In this document: positions 1-10,005 of the stretch, in pieces
Position numbering within the stretch: position 1 is the stretch's first letter
Layout of the letters: each line of letters opens with the position of its first letter
From: Octopus bimaculoides
Lineage: Eukaryota
Assembly: GCF_001194135.2 (NCBI RefSeq)
Contig: NC_068981.1
Location: 85,416,610-85,457,223, forward strand
Reading direction: 5' to 3'
Length of the DNA: 40,614 nucleotides
Notes under the pieces: model-generated
Databases searched by the model: none
Told to the model about the DNA's origin: nothing
Seen by the model: the letters and a program-made list of their open reading frames with translations, nothing else
Made by a program: the position numbers and the translations under genes

Positions 1-53
1 TCGCCATTAAAAGGCCTGATCACATCGCTGGCGATTCTAATCTTGGCTGCCAT
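1..53 (-). CDS. Start of gag-like ORF of an LTR (Gypsy-type) retrotransposon, runs off the window
   Basis: ATG at 53-51 gives MAAKIRIASDVIRPFNG. This resembles the N-terminus (..DVIRPFxGEGDVVAWL..) of a gag family I recall from invertebrate LTR elements. Only 17 codons are visible. Confidence 0.6.
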   Translation of the reverse strand, partial: MAAKIRIASDVIRPFNG

Positions 54-395
54 CGCGGCGAATTTCTACACGTAGGGCCGAAATAGCTTGTGGTGTATGC
101 GTGCGAGTAGATGTAATCGCCTTACCTCGGTTTTCCTGTCGTCGACTGCGAGTCTGTCTTGCGGTATCCGATCCTTGAAGCTTGCCCCGACCCAAAGAAC
201 ACTAGGAATAGCAGCTGCTTCTCCCAAACTTAGACCGTCGCTTGGCACGTCCTCTCCTGACCACGACCCCGTTCGAAAAGGGCACGAATCCCGATCGAGG
301 CTCCCTCTGCCCTCTTTCCTCTTCCGGTCAATTCGCCCTTCCGGTCTGCCTCCCCAGCCACTGACGTCACACCACAATATATATACTGAACTACA
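1..395 (-). mobile_element. 5' end of LTR retrotransposon (putative LTR about 395 to 71, starting TGTAG)
   Basis: GC- and CpG-rich block that begins TGTAG at 395 on the minus strand, with an abrupt change to AT-rich flank. It contains CRE TGACGTCA (362-369) and two CCGGAAG motifs, and leads into the gag-like ATG. Confidence 0.55.
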
Positions 396-630
396 AAAGA
401 AACGTCGCACTGTAAAAGATTATTATTTTTTTCACACACGATATTGAGATTATATGGATTCTATCACATTTCTAGGTACCTTGACATCAGGAAGATGTCA
501 CTGACCCACAACACCAATCTCTTTTGAAAACACAAGGATTGCATGTAGGGTTCGAGCTCTCTCACTTTCGTGAACATGGTAATGATCGCGAACGCATCTT
601 TATGAAAAGTATGATGCACTTGCAAAACGT

Positions 631-650
631 TGACTCATTGAGTATAAAAG
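631..650 (+). promoter_or_regulatory. AP-1 site (TGACTCA 631-637) and TATA box (TATAAAAG 643-650)
   Basis: Both are perfect consensus motifs, followed about 75 nt later by a consensus donor AC|GTAAGT (724). Confidence 0.5.
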
Positions 651-894
651 GCACCCAAATTTACCAGCCGGTCCATCGCACACACACTCAACTTTTTGTG
701 TTGGTCTTGGTGTTTTCTCAGACGTAAGTCAAGGTTTTTGTATAGTAGTTGAAAATTGTTGTTTAAAATATTATTGATTGTGTAAAAAGACTTTGCTTTT
801 CTGCTTTGTGCAGAATTTGCTAACGTTTTCTCCCTTACTGAAGGGGGGAAACCTTTTCGTTGCTGCTTCAAAAAAAAAAAAAAAAAAAAAAACA

Positions 895-1158
895 ATGTCT
901 GACAAAATTAGTTCGTCCGAACTAGAAGAGTCGGAAGGAAATACAACCGAGTGCGCTGAAAGGCTGCAGAATCAAATAATGGAAGAACATGAAAAAGGAA
1001 CAAAAACGATCAACTTTGCCGCGGTAGCCGGCGTGAATAAACAAGATTTACAAATCAAAATGGAAGATCTAGGAAAATTTTTATGGTTTGCTTCAAAAGC
1101 AGGGGCACGAGATAAGGTTAATCCCTCCTGGCGAAGTTACACACAACACACTGCGTAA
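895..1158 (+). CDS. Hypothetical 87-aa ORF (MSDKISSSELEE...KFLWFASKAGARDKVNPSWRSYTQHTA), unknown function
   Basis: ATG in an ACAATG context after an A23 run. It lies downstream of the TATA box and a putative 5' UTR intron (724-813, or 724-843 using the CTAAC branch point). No family recognised; it could be a truncated retroelement ORF1. Confidence 0.4.
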   Translation: MSDKISSSELEESEGNTTECAERLQNQIMEEHEKGTKTINFAAVAGVNKQDLQIKMEDLGKFLWFASKAGARDKVNPSWRSYTQHTA

Positions 1159-2284
1159 CTTTCCACAGCATATATGAACTCCAATGGGCAAGTATTTCCT
1201 GAATGGTTTATCAAGCCGATCGTTTCAGAGACTGCACTCTGATTAGGACAGAATATGGTCTCTCTGCATAGTTACTGGTTGTTTTGCTCAGCAATGTGAA
1301 TCACACACACACACAACACACACATATATATATAAATATATGCACCTTTAAAAGAACATCTTCACCCAAATACAGATTCTCTTTCATACATGTAACTTTC
1401 AACATCAAATAACAGAGGAAAATCATGGAAAATCTAAAAATTTTGAGAAATATTTTCGAGTAAACGTCTACACAAGAAAGGGGAAGGATAAAACTTTTGC
1501 CTGAAACGTAGGTGGAAGGGGGTCTTCAGTATATGCATGGCCTCAAGGTCTCCATCTTAGCATTAAGGTTTCCGCAATTTTCTTAGAATTTCTCCTTTAC
1601 TTGTAGTTCATGTAACTGAAGGTCTACACGTGAGAGTGTAAACACGTGCATAGCAGCGTAGGCATGCGCATGCATATCCAAGAGGGTGCGCATGTATGAG
1701 TGTATACATATTGACTGATATTTCTTACAATTCTGCTCATTTTTCCTTTACTTAGCCCGTCCGTAACGATTCCACGTGATTGGTTGGAGGGAGGGAGGGA
1801 GGGTGGTGGTGGTAAGTGAAATGTGTAATCCTTTTTAACTAAGTTTTTTTCTTCCGTTACTTAGCCCGTTTGTAACGCTTTCACTCTTCAACGGTTAGCG
1901 GATGAACGGCTATTTTTTGATACAGACTCAACACAGGATACACTTTTAGGGTTTTTTTGATGTTTTCAGAAATAACCCAAAAAGTTTATCATTAATTCCG
2001 TGAAATATTTACATGTCCCGCTAGTATATTTATATATAATATAATGTGGTTGGGAAACAAACTTCTTGCCTCACAACCACGTTTGCATCTATATTAGTTT
2101 ACGGTAATATATACATTTGACTGAGTGTATATAACATATACTTATATTACGTATATTTATATAAACATATATCTGTATATATGATATATATGATTTTACA
2201 TACATATATATTTAATATATTTAAACATATATTTATACAGTTCTATATTTAAGAGATGAGGAATTATGTACATTAGTTACATTT

Positions 2285-2520
2285 GACGGCATATAGCGTA
2301 GTGGTTAAGAGCGCGGGCTACTAACCCCAAGATTCCGAATTCGATTCCAGCCAGTGACCTGAATAATAGTAATAATAACATTGAAAAATACCTTAGGAAT
2401 GAGAAGGCAGGTTCGAAATTTCTACAAGACACCTGATGAAGGCTGGAGGGTGTATAAGTCGAAACATTGTGTTAACAACAAGCAAGATGAGGACAAATAT
2501 TTGTCAAATGTAAATAATGT
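2285..2520 (+). mobile_element. tRNA-derived SINE-like repeat with Penelope-like / hammerhead-like 3' region
   Basis: A-box TAGCGTAGTGG and B-box-like GAATTCGATTCC in a tRNA-Ser-like head (2285-2360). The tail has CTGATGA...GAAAC at 2433-2465. Confidence 0.7.
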
Positions 2521-2590
2521 ATATATCTTAGATAAGCTGTCGTAATGCGCCTGAGGGCTCAAGGTAGATTTAAGAACCACTACATTATAT

Positions 2591-2770
2591 ATCATCATCA
2601 TTTAAAGTTCGTTTTCCATGCTGTATGGCTTTACAGGAGCTGGCATGGTCTGGGGCCGCACCAGGCACCATAGTCTGTTTGGTTTGGTTTCTTCAGCTGG
2701 ATGCTCTTCCTAACGCCAACCACTTTGCAGCATATACTGGGTGCTTTTTTTTTTACATGGCACCAGCACT
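2591..2770 (-). mobile_element. Diverged fragment of the (GAT)n-tailed RTE-related SINE family
   Basis: Shares CAGCTGGATGC(T/C)CTTCCTAACGCCAACCACT and the (CAT)n end with the copies at 13057, 21388 and 25021. Confidence 0.75.
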
Positions 2771-2771
2771 T

Positions 2772-2813
<42 letters not shown>

Positions 2814-4584
2814 GATGAGTTAAAGAGTGGAGTACATAATATCCTGGCTACATATGTTTCATAGCAAGCAGAACATCGGAAGTGGTCGATGTCTAAGCAA
2901 AGTGTCTACTGCAGACTACTAGACTACTCTTCAAGCCAAAGGTATCTTGATTAAATGAAGTTTACAGTATCATAAAGAGTACATGTCAACATACAGACGA
3001 TTCGATCAGAATTTTATTCACATGCCTAGCAACCCTGGCTGCCTACCATGAAATATAAAACAATTTTTTTCAGCTTACCATACTGCGATATGGAAAAAAT
3101 CTACAACCTTCCGCCTCAATAAACTACTATTGTTCCTGAAAGCTGTTTTTAATATTTTCTACAGTTCACTTGAAGATCACCTTCTTCCTACACCTCGATC
3201 CTTGAATTTACACACACACACACACATTCAACTATACTGTTTTGGCCCCTGATGCAACCCTTAAAGATAGGAATAAAAATATATTGATATTAGCGATTGT
3301 GCACCTATACACAAGAAGGGTTAAGTTGCTTTTAAACCATAAATAGTAATGAAAGGGGTCCATAGATAAAAAAAATGGTTGAGAAACCCTGAAACCCATG
3401 CCATCACAGAAAAAAAATCAAACAGATATGAATAAAATGATGAGGATATATCAAATCAAACAATTTAAAGATGATAAAATTCATTAAAGTATCTTCAAAT
3501 AATTTCAACAAATCTTTTCTTTACTTTTCAAAATGGATGTAGATAGATTTTTTTTCTTTTTTCCTTTTTTCATTATTTTTTTTTATTTCATTATATTTAT
3601 ACTGTGGTGGAAAACAAGTCCAGATCCAAAATTCTAAGTTTAATGAGGTATTATTTCATCGAGTTCAGTCATTGGACTTTCTGCTTGCTGAAGACTGCCT
3701 TCAATAGTGGAATGGACTATAACAACAGTTATACATCACCCATACTTATTTTATTGTTCTCAGAAGGATGAAAGGCAAAAATCAACCAGGGCGAGTTTTG
3801 GGACAATCATCATCATTATTATTATTATTATTATCACATAATAGGCATTATTACATAATTTTTTTTTTTAAAGTTAAATGGTGGTATTAGAAATGGTGGA
3901 AAGCAGCAGATTTTCTCTTTACGTATAATTTCAGAAATATGGCAAACACTATATCTTAATGCTTCATTAAACATATATTGCAAAAAACAAGTTGACAGGA
4001 ACTTCAAGTTTCTTCTATCAGCTTGTTCAACCTGGATGGAATTTAGAACTGCCATTATTTTACTTAAGCTGATGGGTAAAATTAAACTCCCATTCAACTT
4101 GATCTTAATAAGTTTTACTCTGAGTATAGAGTCACACCTTTACCAAATGTTCAGTAGTTATTCTTAAAAAATGGTTTGAAATAATAATATTTTAAAATTT
4201 CATGATATACATTATATAGTTATATGGGTATATATGGATAGAGGCAGATGCATGAAATTACCACATAAGGTTAATACCCCCACAACAATATGATACAGCT
4301 GAAGAGGAATCGATACAGTTTAGGGCTATTACACAGTTGGAAGAGCTACATAAGAGTTTCAGGAATAGCCAGAAAGCATATTGTTGATATTTCAATTAAT
4401 CTCATTACTAACGATTCTGCCAGCTCACCACCTTTATTATAATAATAATAATAATTCTTTCTACAATAGAATTTGAAATCAGAACATAAAAATCAGAAGA
4501 AATGCCTTTAATTATTTTATCTGGCAAGCTAACGATTCAGCCAGCTCAACACTTTCATGATCATGATGACAATAATTATTATTA

Positions 4585-5125
4585 TTATTATTATTGAGAA
4601 AGCTTTGCATGCCATCAACATGACCTTGGGATACAAATATACAAAGCCTAATATATTCATCATGACTACCTGTCTCATAAGGTTACACCAGGAACATGCA
4701 TCACAACCATATGTGCACAACATGGCGATCTGATATCAAGATAAACAGCGCATGACCTTGCAGATGGACCCCTGTTAGAATTTTCTTCAGGTTCAGTGGC
4801 CAATCCTGCCCAAAATGTCCCTGGATGAGGATTGTTTAAGGATGATGAACAAAACACCCATGTTTCCAGAGGTGAATTATTCAAACCCCAAAGAATTCCT
4901 CTCAACACATGGCTATGATGCTCCCTCACTACTCTTGCTCATGATCAGAGATGCACATATTGTCAACCACCAAGGGACATGTTCAACCAGTTAAGGTCAG
5001 GCAACTGACAAGCAAATCTGTGGTATTGAGCAGAATATTTGCTGTAGCCCATCTTTTATACCAAGACAAAACATGTGCATGATAACACTTCCAATCAGTT
5101 AAGATTAGAAACCATGAGAGCCTTC
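4585..5125. repeat. Interspersed repeat, probably a non-LTR retroelement 3' end
   Basis: Block of higher GC bounded by (ATT)n microsatellites. I recognise it from memory as an abundant octopus repeat (GATCAGAGATGCACATAT...AAGCAAATCTGTGGTATTGAGCAGAATATTTGC). Confidence 0.55.
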
Positions 5126-5519
5126 TGATCTTAAATGATTGGAAGTGTTATTGTGTTACTATTATTATTATTATTATTATTATAACATCTAATATTTGGC
5201 ATAGTCCATAAATTAAGGAGGAAGTGTAGACCATTAATGAACTAATCATAGTATCTAATTTGTAGTTTATCTTAACCCAAGATGGATAAAGGGTAAAAAC
5301 AGGAAAAAAAAAAGGAACAAATGAAAAATGTAGCTAAAGATTTAAATCCTGAATAAAATGAGATGTTTAAATAGCATTAAGATTTTGTCACAGCCCTATA
5401 ATACCTGCTATTCACCAACTTGATAATGATTATAATAATATTTCTAACATATGTACAAGGTCTAGAATCTAGCAGGAATTAATTAATCCCATCTTCTCCA
5501 GTATGTAACTGCAATTTTA

Positions 5520-6512
5520 TTTTAGTGGTTTCAAATTTTGCCACAAGGCCAACAATGTTAGAGGAGGGGATAAGTCAATTACATTGACCCCAGTGCTCAA
5601 CTGGTAGTTATTTTATTGACCCAGAAAAGATGAAAGGCAAAGTCGACCATGGCAAAATCTGAACCCAGAACATAAAGATGGATGAAATGCTGCTAAGCAT
5701 TTTGCCTGGTGTGCAAACAATTTTGCAGGGAAAATTGAAAGATAAAGTTGAACTTAGCAGAATTTGAACCCACAATGTAAAGGGCCAACTAACCAAGGCA
5801 TTTTGTCCAACACTCAAACAATTCAATGGGGAAAAAATTCACCATTCTAATAATAATGGTTTCAAACTTAGGCCCAAAGCCAACAATCTTAAAAGGGGAC
5901 AGCTGGCTGACCCCCATCGACTCCAGTACTAGACTAGTAATTTATTTTAACTCCAGGAAGATGAAAGGTAAAGTTGACCTGTGAGATTTGAATCATAACT
6001 AAATACCATAACTAAAGAACCACAACTAAATACCACTAAGTATTTTTGTCCAACGCTTTAATGATTCTGCAAATCCACCATCTTAATATTAATAATAATA
6101 ATAATCCTTTCTGCTAAAGACACAAGGCCTGAAATTTTAGAAGAGGGGACAAGTCGATTACATCGACTCCAATGTTTCACTGGTACTTCATTCATCAACC
6201 CCAAAAGGTTGAAAGCCAAAGTCACCTCAACAGAATTTGAGAATTGCTAAGCATTTCATCCAGCATGCTAACGATTCTGCCAGCTCACCGTTTTATCAAT
6301 AATAATAATCCTTTCTACTCTAGGCACAAGGCCTGAAATCTGGAGGAGGCAGGTAGTCGATGGCATCAACCCCCAGTACTCCACTCGTACTTAATTTATT
6401 GACCCAGAAAGAATGAAAGGCAAAGTCGACCTTGACAGAATGTAGCAACAGGTGAAATACTGCTCAGCATTTTGTCCAGTGTGCTAACGATTCTGCCAGC
6501 TCACCACCTTAT
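5520..6512 (-). mobile_element. Head-to-tail cluster of 4-5 tRNA-derived SINE copies separated by (AAT)n
   Basis: The motif TTATTGACCC..AAAGGATGAAAGGCAAAGTCGACC..GAATTTGAAC..CTAAGCATTT..GCTAACGATTCTGCCAGCTCACC recurs at about 5610, 5940, 6190 and 6400. Related fragments lie at about 3640-3800 and 4405-4435. Confidence 0.85.
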
Positions 6513-7149
6513 CATTATAATAATAATAAGAAGAAGAATAGCAATATCAAAGAGATATGTATAATTTTTTTTGTTTTGTTTTCTCTTCGTTTCACTATCA
6601 GATTTTGTTTTCATAAAATATTTTCAACAATAAGTGAAGAGAGCAGACGGAGAGAAATAAAGAGTATTCAGATGATATTTTAAGAACAGTATTTGCTGCC
6701 AGTCATTGAGTATGCATAGCTGTAAGCACAGCACCAAGAGTTTGTGACAGTGTGTGTGGATGCATATTGTTTTTTCTTTTTTTTTTATGCACACAAACAC
6801 ACACACACACACACACACACACGAAGAAATTAATTTTCAAAAACCTTTATGAAAGACAAGTTGCCAGCGCATGTATCTCCTTCAGGTCAGCTTTTTAACA
6901 ACAGGTATTTTAAGTAACAATTTCCTCTGAGTAAATTACAGAAACAAAAAACAAAAAAAAAGGAAATGAAAGGGAAAAAAATAAGCATCATTCAGCTCCA
7001 TTTTCGTTATACAAAACTTCTTAAGTTTACAGCAGTAACAAGATAAATTAACAACTTTTTTTTGACCTTTCTTGCAATTTTTTTTAAATACGGGTTTCGT
7101 CTGCATAATAAAAACAACACAGAGCACACATACATATAGCACACAGTTT

Positions 7150-7183
7150 TGTGTGTGTTAAGTATATATGTGTGTGTGTGTAT

Positions 7184-7260
<77 letters not shown>

Positions 7261-7627
7261 TTAAGTATACACACACCATTAAGCACATACATACACATAT
7301 AAACATATATAATCCAAGGGTAATCTAAGCTAAGTCTGCATTGATATGCTAAGATAATATCCATGTAGAAGACTAGCAACAAAACAAAACAACATGATTT
7401 TCTGTTTATTTTTCCTGCCCTTTTCCTTCTGAGTTCACAAATGGCCACTGTCCAGCATGGTGACTAATCCTTTCAAATCTTTTCTTTATACTTGGTTACT
7501 TAAGTGTACTATGTGGACAGTATTTTCCCTGGATATATTTACATTCTCACTGCACACACTAATAAATATACACATGTACATATATGAGTGCGTACTTGTG
7601 TGTGTGTGTGTGTGTATATGTGTATAT

Positions 7628-7680
<53 letters not shown>

Positions 7681-7803
7681 AACATGTGCATATATATATG
7701 TGTGTGAGTTATAGAGACATACATACACATACTTGTGTGTGTATATATACACACACACACACACACAAACATTTATACATATACATATGTATGTATTTAT
7801 GTG

Positions 7804-7839
<36 letters not shown>

Positions 7840-7974
7840 TTATAGAAACATACATACATACATACACATATATATATATAGAAGCATAGATATACAAATA
7901 CGTATGTGTACACACACACATATACAGGCATACATATATGTACGTATATACATACATATCTACATATATATATC

Positions 7975-8013
<39 letters not shown>

Positions 8014-8043
8014 TACAAACATACGTATCAGACAGGACTGTGC

Positions 8044-8083
<40 letters not shown>
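7150..8083. repeat. Compound (AT)n/(AC)n/(GT)n microsatellite arrays
   Basis: Directly visible at 7160-7310 and 7570-8083. They generate many spurious ORFs. Confidence 0.95.
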
Positions 8084-8085
<2 letters not shown>

Positions 8086-8212
8086 TGTAGTGTTTATGAA
8101 GATTCAAATCCGGAAAGTGTTTCATCCAGCAATTTTATGAATGAAAGTGCATTGAAGTATTATTATGTGGGTTAACTTTCCACAGTGAGTGCAAACTGTA
8201 TACTTTAATAAG

Positions 8213-9361
8213 CTACTTGGCATGTGCCTCATTTTCCTGCTGTTTAGGTGATATGTTGTGGACCTCTTGTGGATAATGACCATCTCGTCTATTACCTTGA
8301 TAGCGACGCTGGAAGTAATGGTCATTTAGGTGGGATTTTCGAGTGTGAGCAAAATATTTTTGATCACTGTCGTAGCAGTCATGTTTATTGTACCTTGGTG
8401 TTTTCCTGGAGTGATCCCCATTTTCATAATAGTTTTTCTTGCTATGAAAATAGTTCTGAGATTTGGCTCTGGTTCGGTTTTTATTTCCTTGTAATTCTAA
8501 ATCCTCCTGATGACTCCTAGTCTGAGACGAAGAGATTGGTACATCATGATCATCATCATGGTATTTTCTATTATTTTCCTGATAATTCCTTGTATATCTG
8601 TGTTGAGGCTTGTCCGAAGACGTCACAACCGGAGTTTCCTGAGAGTTATGATATTCAGATTTTGGGCAAGGATTAGCAGTATTTTTAGATATATTTACAG
8701 CTTTGCTCTTATCAGAATGTCTATGAGAATAAGCAAATTTTTCCTGAGTGCCTTGTCCAGAATTGTTATTATAAGAATTAGAATAAAAACATCCTTTATC
8801 TTTGTAACTATTGTTGTTTCCTTTCCTTTGGAAATGATTAGAAGACTTGTTGTTGTACCTACGGTTATCTTGGTTTACGTCAAACTTTTTGTGCTGCTTT
8901 TCAAAGGGTTTGGCATTACTTTCTTTGTAAGTATGTTGATGGTTTTGAACCTGCAAGTCAGCATTTTTCAGCTTATCATTTGAACACTGAGCATCCATCT
9001 TAGCAAGAGGACGGTCACCTCTCGGAGAAGATAGATTGGAATCTTCGATGTTATTGTATTCAGTTCGGTTCCATTTGTTTTGGTTAGGGCTATTACAACG
9101 TTGCCCATTATAGTTTTCTTTGTTGCGAAAATACCTACCTTTGCCCTCGCCAAAACCGTTTTTCCCATAACTCTGGTTACCACGCCTGTGATGACGCATA
9201 CCGTAATCTCTAGGGGCAGCCTTATCGTCCTCAGCAGAATTGATGTTAGCTCTAGTTGGTGACTTTCCAGACTTCTTATCAAAATTTCCTAACTGGTTTC
9301 CATTGAGCACTGAAGGAAAATCAGCAAGTGTCTCTTTTGCAGTGGTATTAATACACTCTCC
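8213..9361 (-). CDS. RNF25: RNF25 terminal coding exon 8 (long low-complexity N/K/R/H-rich tail)
   Basis: Acceptor TTTATTTCAG at 9362, phase 0 as required by exon 7. The frame is open for 382 codons to TAG at 8215-8213. The link to RNF25 rests on phase and position, since the sequence is not conserved. Confidence 0.8.
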   Translation of the reverse strand, partial: GECINTTAKETLADFPSVLNGNQLGNFDKKSGKSPTRANINSAEDDKAAPRDYGMRHHRRGNQSYGKNGFGEGKGRYFRNKENYNGQRCNSPNQNKWNRTEYNNIEDSNLSSPRGDRPLAKMDAQCSNDKLKNADLQVQNHQHTYKESNAKPFEKQHKKFDVNQDNRRYNNKSSNHFQRKGNNNSYKDKGCFYSNSYNNNSGQGTQEKFAYSHRHSDKSKAVNISKNTANPCPKSEYHNSQETPVVTSSDKPQHRYTRNYQENNRKYHDDDHDVPISSSQTRSHQEDLELQGNKNRTRAKSQNYFHSKKNYYENGDHSRKTPRYNKHDCYDSDQKYFAHTRKSHLNDHYFQRRYQGNRRDGHYPQEVHNISPKQQENEAHAK

Positions 9362-9937
9362 CTGAAATAAAACAATAATATTTTATCAATTACTATGCAA
9401 CCAAAAAGAAAGCAGTAGCAACATCATTATCATTAGCACCATCACATCAGCAAAGATTATGCAAGGTTTTATCATATGCATGGCAATAACATCTCTTAAT
9501 TCCCAATAATAGCTACAACATGAAGTGAGAGGTTTTAACAATAATAATACTAAATGTAATGGAGACTTTTTCTTTATGAGGTTTCAATAGAAAGAAATAA
9601 CAGGTTACTCATCAAATATACACACACTAATATCAAACAGTGAGAATGAGTACCCAACAATGAATTGGTGGATGAATATTCTTTATTTGTAGGTTAACAA
9701 GGCTACCATTGGTTTCATGTAAGAGGGGGGTTTTTACAATTGTTCAAATGTACCACATGGGAACATTGGTACCTGTCTCCATTTTGAATGAGAAATTCTG
9801 TACAGTCTCGTGTAACTCCTTGTATTCTCCTCCAAAAGGAAACAATTACTGTACCTATGTGGTATGCTTGAACAATTGTAAAGATCCATCTTTACATGAA
9901 ACCATATTTGTGGGTAAACAAGGCTACTTGTTAACCC

Positions 9938-10005
<68 letters not shown>

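Noticed and set aside
66-447. ORFs 66-410, 88-447 and 230-439
   Set aside because: Chance open frames in the GC-rich LTR; the credible coding frame starts at 53 on the minus strand.
1156-1162. Programmed stop read-through of the 895 ORF
   Set aside because: The context TAA-CTT is not a known strong read-through signal; a nonsense mutation or true stop is more likely.
1470-1530. Second hammerhead-like motif (GAAACGTA)
   Set aside because: The invariant CUGA is absent (CACAAGAAG) and stem I does not pair.
2285-2360. Possible tRNA gene
   Set aside because: The acceptor stem does not close, the B box is altered, and it continues into a repeat body. It is a SINE head.
4791-4994. 67-codon open frame after a good acceptor, as exon 2 of the 895 ORF
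   Set aside because: It lies inside what I recognise as a high-copy repeat and has no recognisable protein features.
5520-6512. CRISPR-like repeat/spacer array
   Set aside because: Units are ~200-bp diverged SINEs in eukaryotic DNA, with no constant repeat-spacer periodicity and no cas genes.
7007-8125. Multiple ORFs of 77-138 aa
   Set aside because: These are translations of (AT)n/(AC)n microsatellites.
8248-9282. + strand ORFs overlapping RNF25 exon 8
   Set aside because: Antisense shadows of a long coding exon, with no independent support.
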